A DNA stretch of 63,490 bases, the filler included, from Candidatus Huberarchaeum crystalense (GTDB taxonomy: Archaea > Huberarchaeota > Huberarchaeia > Huberarchaeales > Huberarchaeaceae): the NCBI GenBank assembly GCA_002790315.1. It is 5 parts of 5 records of this genome, joined end to end, with 100 filler letters (N's around TTAATTAATTAA, not from the genome) between each part and the next. Parts side by side here need not be neighbours in the genome. Positions count along the whole stretch, not along the records: positions 24,462 to 42,615 come from PFUW01000021.1; 4 more parts are not named here. One strand, written 5' to 3'. Shown piece after piece: positions 29,133-39,625 of this stretch. The position numbers and the translations under genes were made by a program. The notes beneath the pieces are model-generated. The model did not search any database and was not told the origin of the DNA. It saw nothing but the letters and a program-made list of their open reading frames with translations. Each line of letters starts with the position of its first letter. Position 1 is the first letter of the stretch.

Positions 29133-30230
29133 TCAATATCTAAAATGAAGTTCTAAAACATCTTTATCAAATATCTCAAAATCAAGACCTATTTTTTGTC
29201 CATTATATCTTGAATCTTTGCGAAATATCCTTGCAAATCTTATATCTTCTTCTTTAAATCCTCTGCGAATTTGCTCGCACACATCAAAAACATTTGTTCT
29301 TCCTTGAAAAATTAGGGGGTTTTCAAAATCAATCTCACTGTTTGGCTTTTTTAAAAGCAATCTTTTAAGTTCTAATTTCTCAAATATTTTTTGCTTGAGA
29401 TTGTCGAGGCCTTGCTTGTTTTTTGTTGAAATAAATACAATTTCTTGAATTTCTGCTTTAATTTTAGATTTTTCTTTACCAGAAAGCAAGTCATCTTTAT
29501 TAAAAACAACAATTGATGGCACATATACTTTATTTCTAGAAAATACATCAGTAAATTGATCAAAGCTCACTAACCCACAAATCAAAACATCACCATTATA
29601 CCATCCTTGCGACCGCAAAAATTCTTTTGCGCGCTCAACAGGGAAAGATTTATCTGTAAGAATATTTACTCCTTTGCTTGCTTTTTTGAAGAAAAATATT
29701 GGCGGGGCTTTTTCATTGATTCTTACTCCCACATTATAAAGTTCTTTTTGTATTTGTTGGAGCTGGGATATTTTATCAAGTAAGATTAAAACCAAATCAG
29801 CATTATGTAAAGCACTCAATACTTTTTTTCCTTTTCCTTTTCCAGTAGATGCATCTACTATAATACCTGGCAAGTCAATTAGCTGTATTTGCGCGCCATT
29901 ATATTTCATCATACCCGGGATTGCTAATAATGTTGTAAAATCATAATCACCTACTTTTGAATTTGCATTTGTCAATTCATTTAAAAGCGAGGATTTTCCA
30001 ACAGAAGGAAAACCAACAAAACAAACAGTTGCATCGCCTGCTTTTTTCAGCATAAATCCTTCACTATCAAGCTTTTTGCTCGCTCTTTTCTCTAATTCGC
30101 ACCTTAATTTTGCAATTTTGCCTGTTAGCAAACCAAGATGTTTTTCAGTGGCTTTATTTTTTTGTGTGTGTGTTATTTCTTTTTTTATTTCTTCAATTTT
30201 TTCTTCAATTTTTGGATTAATAGGATGCAT
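29133..30230 (-). CDS. DRG-family (Obg superfamily) GTPase with TGS domain
   Basis: NKATEKH, GFPSVGKS, YDFTTL..IPG, DLPG, NKDD; start placed at ATG 30230. Confidence 0.95.
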   Translation of the reverse strand: MHPINPKIEEKIEEIKKEITHTQKNKATEKHLGLLTGKIAKLRCELEKRASKKLDSEGFMLKKAGDATVCFVGFPSVGKSSLLNELTNANSKVGDYDFTTLLAIPGMMKYNGAQIQLIDLPGIIVDASTGKGKGKKVLSALHNADLVLILLDKISQLQQIQKELYNVGVRINEKAPPIFFFKKASKGVNILTDKSFPVERAKEFLRSQGWYNGDVLICGLVSFDQFTDVFSRNKVYVPSIVVFNKDDLLSGKEKSKIKAEIQEIVFISTKNKQGLDNLKQKIFEKLELKRLLLKKPNSEIDFENPLIFQGRTNVFDVCEQIRRGFKEEDIRFARIFRKDSRYNGQKIGLDFEIFDKDVLELHFRY

Positions 30231-30465
30231 AAATTTTTTGGATGGCAAAAATATAAATTACAAAACATCTTCAATTTTTGGATTAATAGGATGCATAAAT
30301 TTTTTGGATAGCAAAAATATAAATTACAAAACATCTTCAATTTTTGGATTAATAGGATGCATAAATTTTTTGGATAGCAAAAATATAAATTACAAAACAT
30401 CTTCAATTTTTGGATTAATAGGATGCATAAATTTTTTGGATAGCAAAAATATAAATTACAAAACA
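30202..30465. repeat. Tandem repeat, 66-bp unit x4, covering the promoter and first codons of the DRG GTPase
   Basis: Units start at 30202, 30268, 30334, 30400; one G/A difference in the first. Confidence 0.97.
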
Positions 30466-30502
30466 AAGCAAAGTATTTATTTTGTTATCTTTTGAATGTA
30501 AT

Positions 30503-31402
30503 TTACAAATCAAATTCAATACTTTTCAAATCCCTTGCAACTTCTACATTTTTAAAAACTGTTTTTGCTTCTTTTTCAAAAAGAGTGATGTCTAAGTGAC
30601 GGCTGCTAAAATGCGTTAAAATCAAGTGCTTTACTTTTGCTTTTTTTGCTGTGGTTGCCGCATCTTTTGCTGTCATATGATAATAATCTTCTGTGCGGTT
30701 ATCTTCTTTCAAATAAGTAGATTCAAATACAGCAATATCTGCTTCTTTTGCAAAAGAAATTAAATTTTTGCAAGAAATTGTGTCTCCAGAAAAAACAAGA
30801 GAAAACGACCTTTTTTGAAAAGTTACATCTTTTGCTTTTATTTTTTTTCCTTTGTATTCTATATCAAAGCCTTTTTGCAATTTATTCCATTTTGGACCGC
30901 GCGCCAACCCTATTTTTTCTAACTTTTCAACATTTACTTTTATAGGAAATTTTAATATTATTTTATATGCAAAACTAGGCACATTATGCTCAACTTTTTC
31001 GCAAAGCACTTCAATTTTTTCATTAGCAAAAACAAAGCCAGCATCTTCAATGACCTTTGCGTGAAACCATTTGAATTTGTTGCTAAAATAAGCGAGCTGT
31101 TCTTTTATAAAATTTTCATATGGTTTTGGTGAAAATAAAATCAGTGGTCTTTCTCTTTTGTTTAATTCCATGCTTGACAACAAAGGAAGAAGTCCTGACA
31201 TATGATCAATATGCCAATGAGTAATCAAAATATAATTAATGTTTTGGTAATTTTTTTTTAATAAAAGCAATTGTCGTTGGCAGTTTTCGCCGCAGTCAAT
31301 TAAAATCGAATAATTTTCATATTCAAGTAGATTGCAAGTATGGGCGCGTGCCTTTGTCGGCATTCCGCTTGCTGTTCCTAAAAAGCTCAGTGTAGATTTC
31401 AT
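30503..31402 (-). CDS. rnz: Ribonuclease Z
   Basis: FLGTASGMPT..R, IDCGE, THWHIDHMSG, SGDT, EST, HMTA, LTHFSSR. Confidence 0.96.
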   Translation of the reverse strand: MKSTLSFLGTASGMPTKARAHTCNLLEYENYSILIDCGENCQRQLLLLKKNYQNINYILITHWHIDHMSGLLPLLSSMELNKRERPLILFSPKPYENFIKEQLAYFSNKFKWFHAKVIEDAGFVFANEKIEVLCEKVEHNVPSFAYKIILKFPIKVNVEKLEKIGLARGPKWNKLQKGFDIEYKGKKIKAKDVTFQKRSFSLVFSGDTISCKNLISFAKEADIAVFESTYLKEDNRTEDYYHMTAKDAATTAKKAKVKHLILTHFSSRHLDITLFEKEAKTVFKNVEVARDLKSIEFDL

Positions 31403-31804
31403 AGATTTTTTAAGATTTTGTTTAAAAAAGAAGTGTTGATTTTTAAGATTTTGTTTAAAGAACAAACAATTAAAAAAATAATAAATATTATTAAAAGGGT
31501 TTTAACTTTGTGTTGCGCATATTTTAGTTTTATTTAAATTTTGTTTTTTTATATTAAAATATATTTAAAAGTTAGTTTAAAAATTAAAGAATTTGTAAAA
31601 AAATATTGTGATTTTTTGCTTTTTTCGGGCGCAATTACAAACATTAATAAAAAAATTGTGTAAAAAATATCTATTTTTATAAGTTGTAACCAACAACCAC
31701 ATCTGCATTTAAATTTTATTAATACAGAGTTTTTAAACAACAATAAATATAAAAATTATAGGAGAGCCACATTCATTTAATGCTTTTCTATAATGGAGGA
31801 AAAA

Positions 31805-31864
31805 ATGGCAAAAAAAAAGACAACTAAAAAAATAGTAAAAAAAGATACGAAGAAAAAAAAATAG
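31805..31864 (+). CDS. 19-aa Lys-rich micropeptide
   Basis: GGAGG 5 nt before ATG; MAKKKTTKKIVKKDTKKKK; hairpin follows. Confidence 0.4.
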   Translation: MAKKKTTKKIVKKDTKKKK

Positions 31865-31878
31865 ATATAAAAAGAGGG

Positions 31879-31899
31879 GGCATAACTTTGTGTTATGCC
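31879..31899. terminator. Hairpin GGCATAAC-TTTGT-GTTATGCC, possible terminator or RNA element
   Basis: Perfect 8-bp inverted repeat. Confidence 0.35.
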
Positions 31900-31924
31900 T
31901 GCACCTCCTTAAATTTAAATAATA

Positions 31925-32027
31925 TTTAGTTATATTTAAATTAGAATTAAACGAGTTGATTTTTTAAATTAGAATTAATGCAGTTTAGTTATATTTAAAT
32001 TAGAATTAAACGAGTTGATTTTTTAAA
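31925..32027. repeat. Direct repeat, 60-bp period, 2 copies
   Basis: TTTAGTTATATTTAAATTAGAATTAAACGAGTTGATTTTTT at 31925 and 31985. Confidence 0.9.
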
Positions 32028-32067
32028 GTTATAGCAAAAATAATTTATGATATTAAATAAATAATAT

Positions 32068-33478
32068 ATGAATAAAACTCTGAAAAAGATAAGTCATACT
32101 AAATTAAATGAATTTGATATTGTGATAATTAGAGGGGGGCCGGCAGGGATTTTTGCTTGCAAATGAATTGTGCGCAACAAAATCCAAAAAATTAAAAATA
32201 CTTATTATAGATAAAGGAAAAGAGCCATTAAAAAGAGATCCTAAAAAAGAACCAACAGATCTTGTTTTTGGTGTTGGGGGTGCAGGTATGTTTTCAGATG
32301 GAAAACTAAACCTAAATGTTGATATTGGCGGTGACCTTAAAGAAATAAACATATCTCGAGAAGAATTATTACAACTTATTGAAAAAGTTGATGAACTTTT
32401 TGTGGAGCTTGGAGTGTCGCGCTCTTTTTTAAATGCAAACAAAATTAAGATCAATGAATTAAAAAAGCAAGCAAGCATAAATGGTATTGGGTTTATTTAT
32501 GGAAAACAAAAGCATATTGGCACTGATGTTTTAAAAAAAATAATTAATAAATTTTACAATAAACTAAAAACAAAAGATGTTAAGTTTATGCTTGAAACAG
32601 GTGTTGAAAATATAAAAATGTTTAAAGAAAGGTATATAATAGAAACAAATAAAGGTATAATTATGGCCAAGTATGTTTTGTGCGCGCCAGGAAGATGCGG
32701 CGCACATTGGCTCAAAAATCAAGCAGATTTATTGAATATAAAAACAAGTCCTGGGTATATAGATGTTGGTGTTCGTGTTGAATTTCCTGAATTGGTTTAT
32801 AAAGACATTGAAGAAGTTATGTATGATGCAAAATTTAGATGTTATACAAAGACATACGATGATTTGGTGCGCACTTTTTGTACAAATCCGCGCGGTTTGG
32901 TTGTTAGAGAGCAGTATGATGGCTTTTCTATTATCAATGGACACGCAGAGTCAAAAGGTAAAACTTCAAATACAAATCTTGCTCTTTTAGTGCGCGTAGA
33001 ATTAATGGAACCATCAAAAACCAGCGTAGATTATGGTAAATATATTGTTCATCTTGCAAATGTTGTTGGAAATGGGAAGCCATTGATACAAAGATATAAA
33101 GATCTAACCGCAGGCAGAAGAAGCACTTGGGACAGAATAAACAGATCATTTGTAGAGCCAAGTTGCAAGGATGTTTATCCTGGCGATATTTCATATGCAT
33201 TACCCCACAGAATAGTTCAAAACATAATTGAAGCAATTAAAAAATTAGATAAGATAATGCCAGGCATTGCATCTGACACAACGCTTTTGTATGCTCCTGA
33301 GGTTAAGTTTTATGAAATAAAATATCTAATTAATAATTGGTTTGAAACAACATCTTCTGGTTTGTTTGTTGCAGGTGATGCAAGCGGTTTTTCTCGCGGA
33401 ATTGTTTATTCTGCTTTAACAGGTATTATTGCTGCACAAGGTATAAAAGAAAAAATATTAAAAACCCCAAACAATTAG
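32068..33478 (+). pseudogene. FAD-dependent dehydrogenase/oxidoreductase with a frameshift in the dinucleotide-binding motif
   Basis: Frame A MNK...EFDIVIIRGGPAGIFACK-stop; frame B ANEL...GVGGAGMFSDGKL, HIGTD, APGR.G, GVRVE, RTFCTNPRG, YAPEVKFY, AGDASG. Confidence 0.75.
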
Positions 33479-33547
33479 GTAATTAGTTGTATATGGTTGA
33501 GCGCAAAATATTTAATAAACACAATATAATATTTAGAAAAAATATAA

Positions 33548-33631
33548 ATTTTGATTTTGTAATTGCTGTTTATTTAATGATTTTGAATTTTGATTTTGTA
33601 ATTGCTGTTTATTTAATGATTTTGAATTTTG
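33548..33631. repeat. Tandem repeat, 39-bp unit, over 2 copies, ending at an N-gap
   Basis: AATTTTGATTTTGTAATTGCTGTTTATTTAATGATTTTG at 33548 and 33587. Confidence 0.9.
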
Positions 33632-33649
33632 NNNNNNNNNNNNNNNNNN

Positions 33650-35784
33650 TTAATAATATCTCTTTGACGATCTTTCAACTCTTGTAATTTCCCTTTATTC
33701 CATCCTTTAATATTTTGATAATAGCCTGTAATTCTACTCCACATTTGAACATTTTCGCTGCCACACTTTTGGCATTTTTCGTGCAATCCGCCAACAACAT
33801 TACCACAAGCATTGCATATTGTTAGATCTTTTGTAAAGGAAAAATATTGAATCGCTGTTTGTGTTGCAATTTTTTTTATTAGTTCAACAATTAGATGAGA
33901 ATCTGAGTTTTCCTCACCCAACCAAATATGGGTCATAGCTCCTCCGTCAGTTAAAGGATGAAATGCTCCTTCAATCTGTAATCTTTTCCACAAAGGAATG
34001 CCTGAATTTAATCGAACATGAAATGAGTTAGAATAATACACAGCACCACTACTTATTTCGCCCTGAACAGTTGCTTTACTTGGAAATCTTCTAAGATCAA
34101 TCTTTGCAAATCTCGTGGCTGTTGTTTCAGCAGGTGTGCGCGCTAATGCAAAAGTAAGTCCCGTCTCTTTTCTAAACATAGCTATTTGATCTTTTAAAAA
34201 TTTCATAACTTTTAATCCAAAACGCCATGCTTCATCACTTTCGTGCATTTCTTTGCCTGTGTGATATTTGACTAACTCATTCATTCCAACAATACCTATT
34301 GTATAGCTTTGCTTATCAACCTCTAAATATTTTTCATCGTTATGATATGTTGGTGAGTTCATAAAATCTATCATTCCTATTTCTTGGTTTTTTTTAATAA
34401 TTTCTCTTTTTAATAAAAGTATTTCTTTGGCTTTTTGCAAGCGATCCATTAAAACCATAAATAATTTTTCGTCACTATGCTCTGCTTCATATGCTGCTTG
34501 AGGCAAATTAAGTGTAACTACTTGAAGTGATCCTCCTCGCACAGTTCCATTTCTTATGTCACTTTCACTATTCGCATCTTGCAAAGGCATAAGAAACGCG
34601 CAACACTGGTAACATGCAATTTCAGGCATATATGGTTGATGTACAACAAAATAAGGAGTTCCAAATTTTACTGTTAGTTGCGACAATTTTAATAACTCTT
34701 TATCATATTTTCCTGACTTTAACTCGTTTGGAAAAAGATTAACTTCAAACTTAGGAAAATTAAATGGTTTGCCTTGCGCATCTCCTTCTAAAAATATATC
34801 TAAAATCGCATTAAACAAAAGCCTAACTTCTTCTTCAAAATCCTTATATGTCACAAAAGGATCTATTTTTCCACCAAGTTGGATAGCAGGAATATCTTTC
34901 AAAAAATTAGGAACATGTATATCACAGTCAATGCTGCTAAATACAACTTGTCCGCCGCGCGCAACATACATTTGAGACATTTCATATATAAATTGCTGCA
35001 TTAATTGTTTTATTTCTTTATATGTTAGGCCTTTAACAGCTGGTGCTAAAAAAGTATTAAAATAAGAAAAACCTTGCCCCCCAGCACAGTTTGTTTGTGC
35101 TACACCTAAAACCTTTGTTAGTTGTGAAATTAAAACACTTGCATATTTTGCAGGGCCTGCTGTTGCTGTGTGAATTCCCTGCCCATCAGGTTTAAACCCA
35201 TATTTCATAAAATATCTCAAATCATGGCTAAAGCAAAAAGGCCGAAGTGCAAAATATTCTAAATCATGGATGTGAATTTGTCCTAAAACATGCGCTTCTT
35301 CTAAAAAGAATGGCAATATATGTGTTGTTACATACTCTTTCATAACATGGTCTGCTATATGTTTATGAATTGTTTCAGGATTGTGTTGCATGTTTGCATT
35401 TTCAGTATCGCGAGTAGTAATGAGTTGAGTAATATCATAAACAGGCAAACCGACCCGCGTGTAGAGAGCTTTTTCTTTTTGCATTCCATTTTTAAGCAAG
35501 ACCAAGCAAACTACTTCACGAATTATAGAAGAAGTCAAAATATTTATACCTATTTTATTTATTTCAATAGTCGCTTCTTCTGCAATATTTGTAGCTTTTT
35601 CTTGGTTTAATGCTGTTTCCTTTATAAGTGAATCAATTATCGTTTGTTTTTTAAAAGGCAATTTTTCTAAGCGCGAGGTAACTACAAATTTTCCTTTGTC
35701 AACAAGCAATTCGGTTAGTTTGCTTTTATCTTCACTTAAATTTCCAACAGTTATTTTTTGTAAATTTGCCACAACACTTTCCAT
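33650..35784 (-). CDS. nrdD: Anaerobic (class III) ribonucleoside-triphosphate reductase with ATP cone; stop at or in the gap
   Basis: IHIHDL, GGQG, PFNFP, QCC, TLNLP, TPAE, CxxC...CxxC, SRITGYY (glycyl radical), WNKGK..E..DR. Confidence 0.96.
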
Positions 35785-36005
35785 AAACTTTTTAGATTTT
35801 GATGTTTAAAAGGAGCAGAAAAAGAGCAATATGTTGTGTTTTTATATTGTGCTTTCATAAAGCATATGCTTTATTTCTTATGTAAAAAAGTATAATATTG
35901 CTCTTGTAACAGATATTGCCAAAATCAATATTTATACTTAGATATAAAATAACAATATTGTACAACAAAGAAAACTTTTTTGATTAAAATTATTTAAAAT
36001 ATATT

Positions 36006-36407
36006 ATGGTTTTCCGTATAGTAGATGTTGACGACGCAGCAAAGAAGGGAGCGTTTATCTTATTAGATGATGGAGATACATATACAATCCAAGATATTCA
36101 GTATTCTAGGCCCGGAAAACATGGGCATGCAAAATACCGTCTAAAAATAAAGCATATTTTTTCTGACAAAAAAAAGGATATGTTGTACTCAGGTCATGAT
36201 ACAGTAAAATGTCCTATGGTTGAAAAAAATAGGGGCCAAGTTTTAGATGTTGGATTTGACTCAGTTCAAATTATAGATTTAACAACAAACGAAACAAAAG
36301 ATCTTCTCCTTCCTCTTAGTGAAGATATTAAATCAAAATTAGAGCTAGGTGTTGAAGTTGAATATTGGGTATCTGAAGGTAAAGTTGGAATTGTTGAAGT
36401 TAGATAA
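36006..36407 (+). CDS. eif5a: Translation factor aIF-5A
   Basis: SRPGKHGHAK hypusine motif. Confidence 0.96.
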   Translation: MVFRIVDVDDAAKKGAFILLDDGDTYTIQDIQYSRPGKHGHAKYRLKIKHIFSDKKKDMLYSGHDTVKCPMVEKNRGQVLDVGFDSVQIIDLTTNETKDLLLPLSEDIKSKLELGVEVEYWVSEGKVGIVEVR

Positions 36408-36480
36408 NNNNNNNNTGAGGCCCGATGTATTTTTCATTTCGCGCGATTATTTGTTTAAAATCATTTTTTATAAAATATAT

Positions 36481-37608
36481 TTATTTTTTCTTTACAATAC
36501 TTATTATATTTTTAAGGCCTTTTCTTAAATTTTTTTCAGATGTTGCAAATGATATTCTAAAATGCGTATCTTTTTCAGAGAAAGCAATACCAGGAATTAT
36601 TAAGGTCTGTTTCTCTTTTATTAATTTTTCACAAAATTCAGTTCCTGTAAATCTTTTTGGGGCGCGCACGAAAATATAAAACGCTCCATTTGGCTTAGTA
36701 ATTTCAAAATGTTTTTTCAGTATTTCATAAGTTAAATCGCGTTTTTTCTTATATTCTTTGATTTTGTCAGAAACATCAACATCAAATGCTTTTAAAGCAG
36801 CATATTGAGCTGACGTTGGCGCGCAAACATAAATCAGCAGTTGAAGTTTAATAAGTTCCTGAACAATTTCAGGCAACCCATGTAAATATCCTATTCTGTT
36901 GCCTGTCATTGCATATGTTTTTGAAAACCCATTCATAGTTATTGTTTTTGAATAATATTTCCCAATGCTGACATGTTCGCAACCATAGACAAATTTTTCA
37001 TAAATTTCATCTGAAATTACGAGCAAATTGTATTTTTCTGCCAATTTTGCAATTTTTTTTATTTCTTCTGCTTCTATTACATTTCCTGTTGGGTTTGACG
37101 GAGAATTCAAAATCAACATCTTTGTTTTAGATGTTATTTTTTCTTCGATTTTTTCAGCAGTTATTTTAAAATCAGGGTATATATCAACTAAAACAGGTTT
37201 TGCACCTAAAAAAAGAGCATAGTTTTTATATTCAAAAGAAAAGCCAGGATCAGGAATAATTACTTCGTCTCCTTCTTCAATAAAAGCATTAAATGCAAGA
37301 AAAAGCGCGCCAGAAACACCAGATGTTATAATCACATTTTCTGGTTTTGCGTCAATTTCATTTTCTTTACGTAGTTTTTCTGCCACTTTTTCGCGAAGTT
37401 CATATATTCCTTGTGGGTGAGCATATTTGTTTTTTCCATCTTGAATTGCTTTGATTTGTGCTTTTTTAATTTTATCAGGAATATCAAAATCAGGCTCACC
37501 CAAGCCCAAGTTTATTATGTCTTTATATTGCGAAGCTAAATTGAATATTTTAAGAATTGTAAATACATCAATTGTTTTCATACGGTTTGCTGTTTTTAGA
37601 TTAGACAT
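36481..37608 (-). CDS. PLP-dependent class I/II aminotransferase (aspartate/aromatic)
   Basis: LGLGEPDF, NSPSNPTG, SDEIY, NGFSKTYAMTG.RIG. Confidence 0.95.
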   Translation of the reverse strand: MSNLKTANRMKTIDVFTILKIFNLASQYKDIINLGLGEPDFDIPDKIKKAQIKAIQDGKNKYAHPQGIYELREKVAEKLRKENEIDAKPENVIITSGVSGALFLAFNAFIEEGDEVIIPDPGFSFEYKNYALFLGAKPVLVDIYPDFKITAEKIEEKITSKTKMLILNSPSNPTGNVIEAEEIKKIAKLAEKYNLLVISDEIYEKFVYGCEHVSIGKYYSKTITMNGFSKTYAMTGNRIGYLHGLPEIVQELIKLQLLIYVCAPTSAQYAALKAFDVDVSDKIKEYKKKRDLTYEILKKHFEITKPNGAFYIFVRAPKRFTGTEFCEKLIKEKQTLIIPGIAFSEKDTHFRISFATSEKNLRKGLKNIISIVKKK

Positions 37609-37642
37609 AAATTATTTAATTATACAATTTGTTTTGATTAAA

Positions 37643-39607
37643 TCAACCATATTCTCTTTTCCTTTTATAACTTCCTAAAAACCTTATTTTTAGGTTTTCA
37701 TCTTTTTTGATTTCATCAACAACTTTTGCTATTTTTTCATCTTTAATATGCCCTTCAGCATCAATAAAAAATAAATATTTTCCAAATTCACCATCAGGAA
37801 CTGATTCAACTTTGCTCAAATTAATGTTTTCATCTGCAAATGCCTTTAAAACACCAAATAAAATCTTTGGTTTGTCTTCTTTATATGAAATCAACAAACT
37901 TATTCTATCTTTTCCTGTTGGTTGTGTATCTAAGGATTTTCCACTAATTATTATAAATTTTGTTATATTATTTTCGTTGTTATGAATATTTTTTTTTAAA
38001 ACTCTTAATCCATATATCTTAGCTGCCCGTTCAGATGCAATTGCAGCGATTTTTCCATTGTGCAAACTTCTTACTTCTTTCAATGCAAGGGAGTTAGAAG
38101 CACAAGGAGTTCTTCTTAGGTCAGGAAAATTTTCTTGTAAAAATCGCGCGCACTGAGCAAAAGATTGTGTGTGCGCTCTTATTTCTTTAATTCCTTTTAT
38201 TTTTGCCCAACTAAATCCAATCAAACAATGTCTAATTGGCAAAAAATCTTCGCCAATAATTTGAATATTTTCATACTTAATTAAACTATTTACGGTCTCA
38301 TCAACAGACCCGCCAGTTGAATTTTCAATTGGCACAACACCTATTGATGTGTTTTTAGAAACTTCTTCAAAAACATCTTGAATTAAAGTTTTATATCCTA
38401 TTTCTTTTCCACTAAACAATTTGCTTGTAATTTCTTCAGAATAACTTCCAGCAGGACCAAGTGTCCAAACCTCTGGCTTTTTGATTAAATACATTATATT
38501 TTTACTGCGCTCTAAAATATTTTCAAAAAAATCGCGCGCTTCATATGGATTTATATTGTGTTCTTTTGCTTTTTCTTCAATTTTTCCAAATATTTCTGTT
38601 TCTCTATTAGCATCATAAACAAGCAGATTTTTCTTTTTCTTAATTATAGCAACTTTTTTAACAAGCAATTCTCTACGTTTCAACAAGTCAACAAATTCAT
38701 TGTTTATTTTATCAATTTCATCTCTTAGTTCTTTTAGGTCTGTTTTTTTAGAGAGATTTTTTGGGTAATTTACGAGCCGCTCAATAAAATAGTCTGTTTT
38801 TTCTAAGGATTCTTTTTTAAAATTTCCAAAATATTGTGCTATGTCTTCGAACTTTTTAATAAAGTTGTTGTAATCTTTGTTTTTAACAAACTCACTCATT
38901 TCCATAGAAACATTTGTAAATTGTTCTGCCCTCCTTCGAATTTCCTGATTATCCATCTGAATACTTGCGTAAAGTTCTGGATTTTGAGATAAAATTCTGC
39001 CGATTGTGTAGAGTTGAAGTTTGTAAACTGGGCTCGCGTATTCTAAAGTGTCTTTTAAACTTAATCCTGATTTTTCAATTGCGCGCGCAACAACTAAACT
39101 CGAAAAATGGGTGATTCCTTGCACAACAGACATTATTTGATCGTGCTTTTCAGGTAAAATTTCTTTGACATCTACATTGTTTTCTTCAAGAAATCTCTTC
39201 AGCCAAACAAAACCTTTATTACCGCGACCTTTGCAAAGAACAACAATTTGACCCTTCATTGACTTTATTGTTGGCCCAAACATAGGATGCATTCCTACAA
39301 CTTCGCAAGTTTCAGGAGCATATTTCAACATTGCTTCAACTGGCTGTTTTTTTATAGATGTAAAATCTGTAATCATCGCACCTGGCTTTGCAAATGGAGC
39401 AATATCTTTTATAACTTCAACAGTATTTTTTATTGGAACTGAAAAAATCAACACGTCTGCTTTTTGTGCAAGTTCTTTTGGCGTGAGTTTTGTTTCGCGA
39501 CCACACACTAAAACTTCATAACCATCTTTTTCAAAAAACGCTTTGAATTGACTGCCTGTTTTTCCTGTTCCACCAATTATTCCTATCAAAGGTTTTTCAA
39601 AACCCAT
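37643..39607 (-). CDS. Trifunctional prephenate dehydrogenase / chorismate mutase / prephenate dehydratase (ACT)
   Basis: IIGGTGKTG, DFTSIK, HPMFGP, HD..MS.VQG (TyrA); LRDEIDKIN..R...VA..K..D..RE (AroQ); LGPAGSYSE, PIENST.G.V, N.TKF, INLSKVES.P (PheA). Confidence 0.95.
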   Translation of the reverse strand: MGFEKPLIGIIGGTGKTGSQFKAFFEKDGYEVLVCGRETKLTPKELAQKADVLIFSVPIKNTVEVIKDIAPFAKPGAMITDFTSIKKQPVEAMLKYAPETCEVVGMHPMFGPTIKSMKGQIVVLCKGRGNKGFVWLKRFLEENNVDVKEILPEKHDQIMSVVQGITHFSSLVVARAIEKSGLSLKDTLEYASPVYKLQLYTIGRILSQNPELYASIQMDNQEIRRRAEQFTNVSMEMSEFVKNKDYNNFIKKFEDIAQYFGNFKKESLEKTDYFIERLVNYPKNLSKKTDLKELRDEIDKINNEFVDLLKRRELLVKKVAIIKKKKNLLVYDANRETEIFGKIEEKAKEHNINPYEARDFFENILERSKNIMYLIKKPEVWTLGPAGSYSEEITSKLFSGKEIGYKTLIQDVFEEVSKNTSIGVVPIENSTGGSVDETVNSLIKYENIQIIGEDFLPIRHCLIGFSWAKIKGIKEIRAHTQSFAQCARFLQENFPDLRRTPCASNSLALKEVRSLHNGKIAAIASERAAKIYGLRVLKKNIHNNENNITKFIIISGKSLDTQPTGKDRISLLISYKEDKPKILFGVLKAFADENINLSKVESVPDGEFGKYLFFIDAEGHIKDEKIAKVVDEIKKDENLKIRFLGSYKRKREYG

Positions 39608-39625
39608 ATTATTTTTAAAAAACTT

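Noticed and set aside
30076-30495. Repeat-protein ORFs 30076-30495 (+) and 30185-30466 (-)
   Set aside because: By-products of the 66-bp repeat (a multiple of 3); no independent coding evidence.
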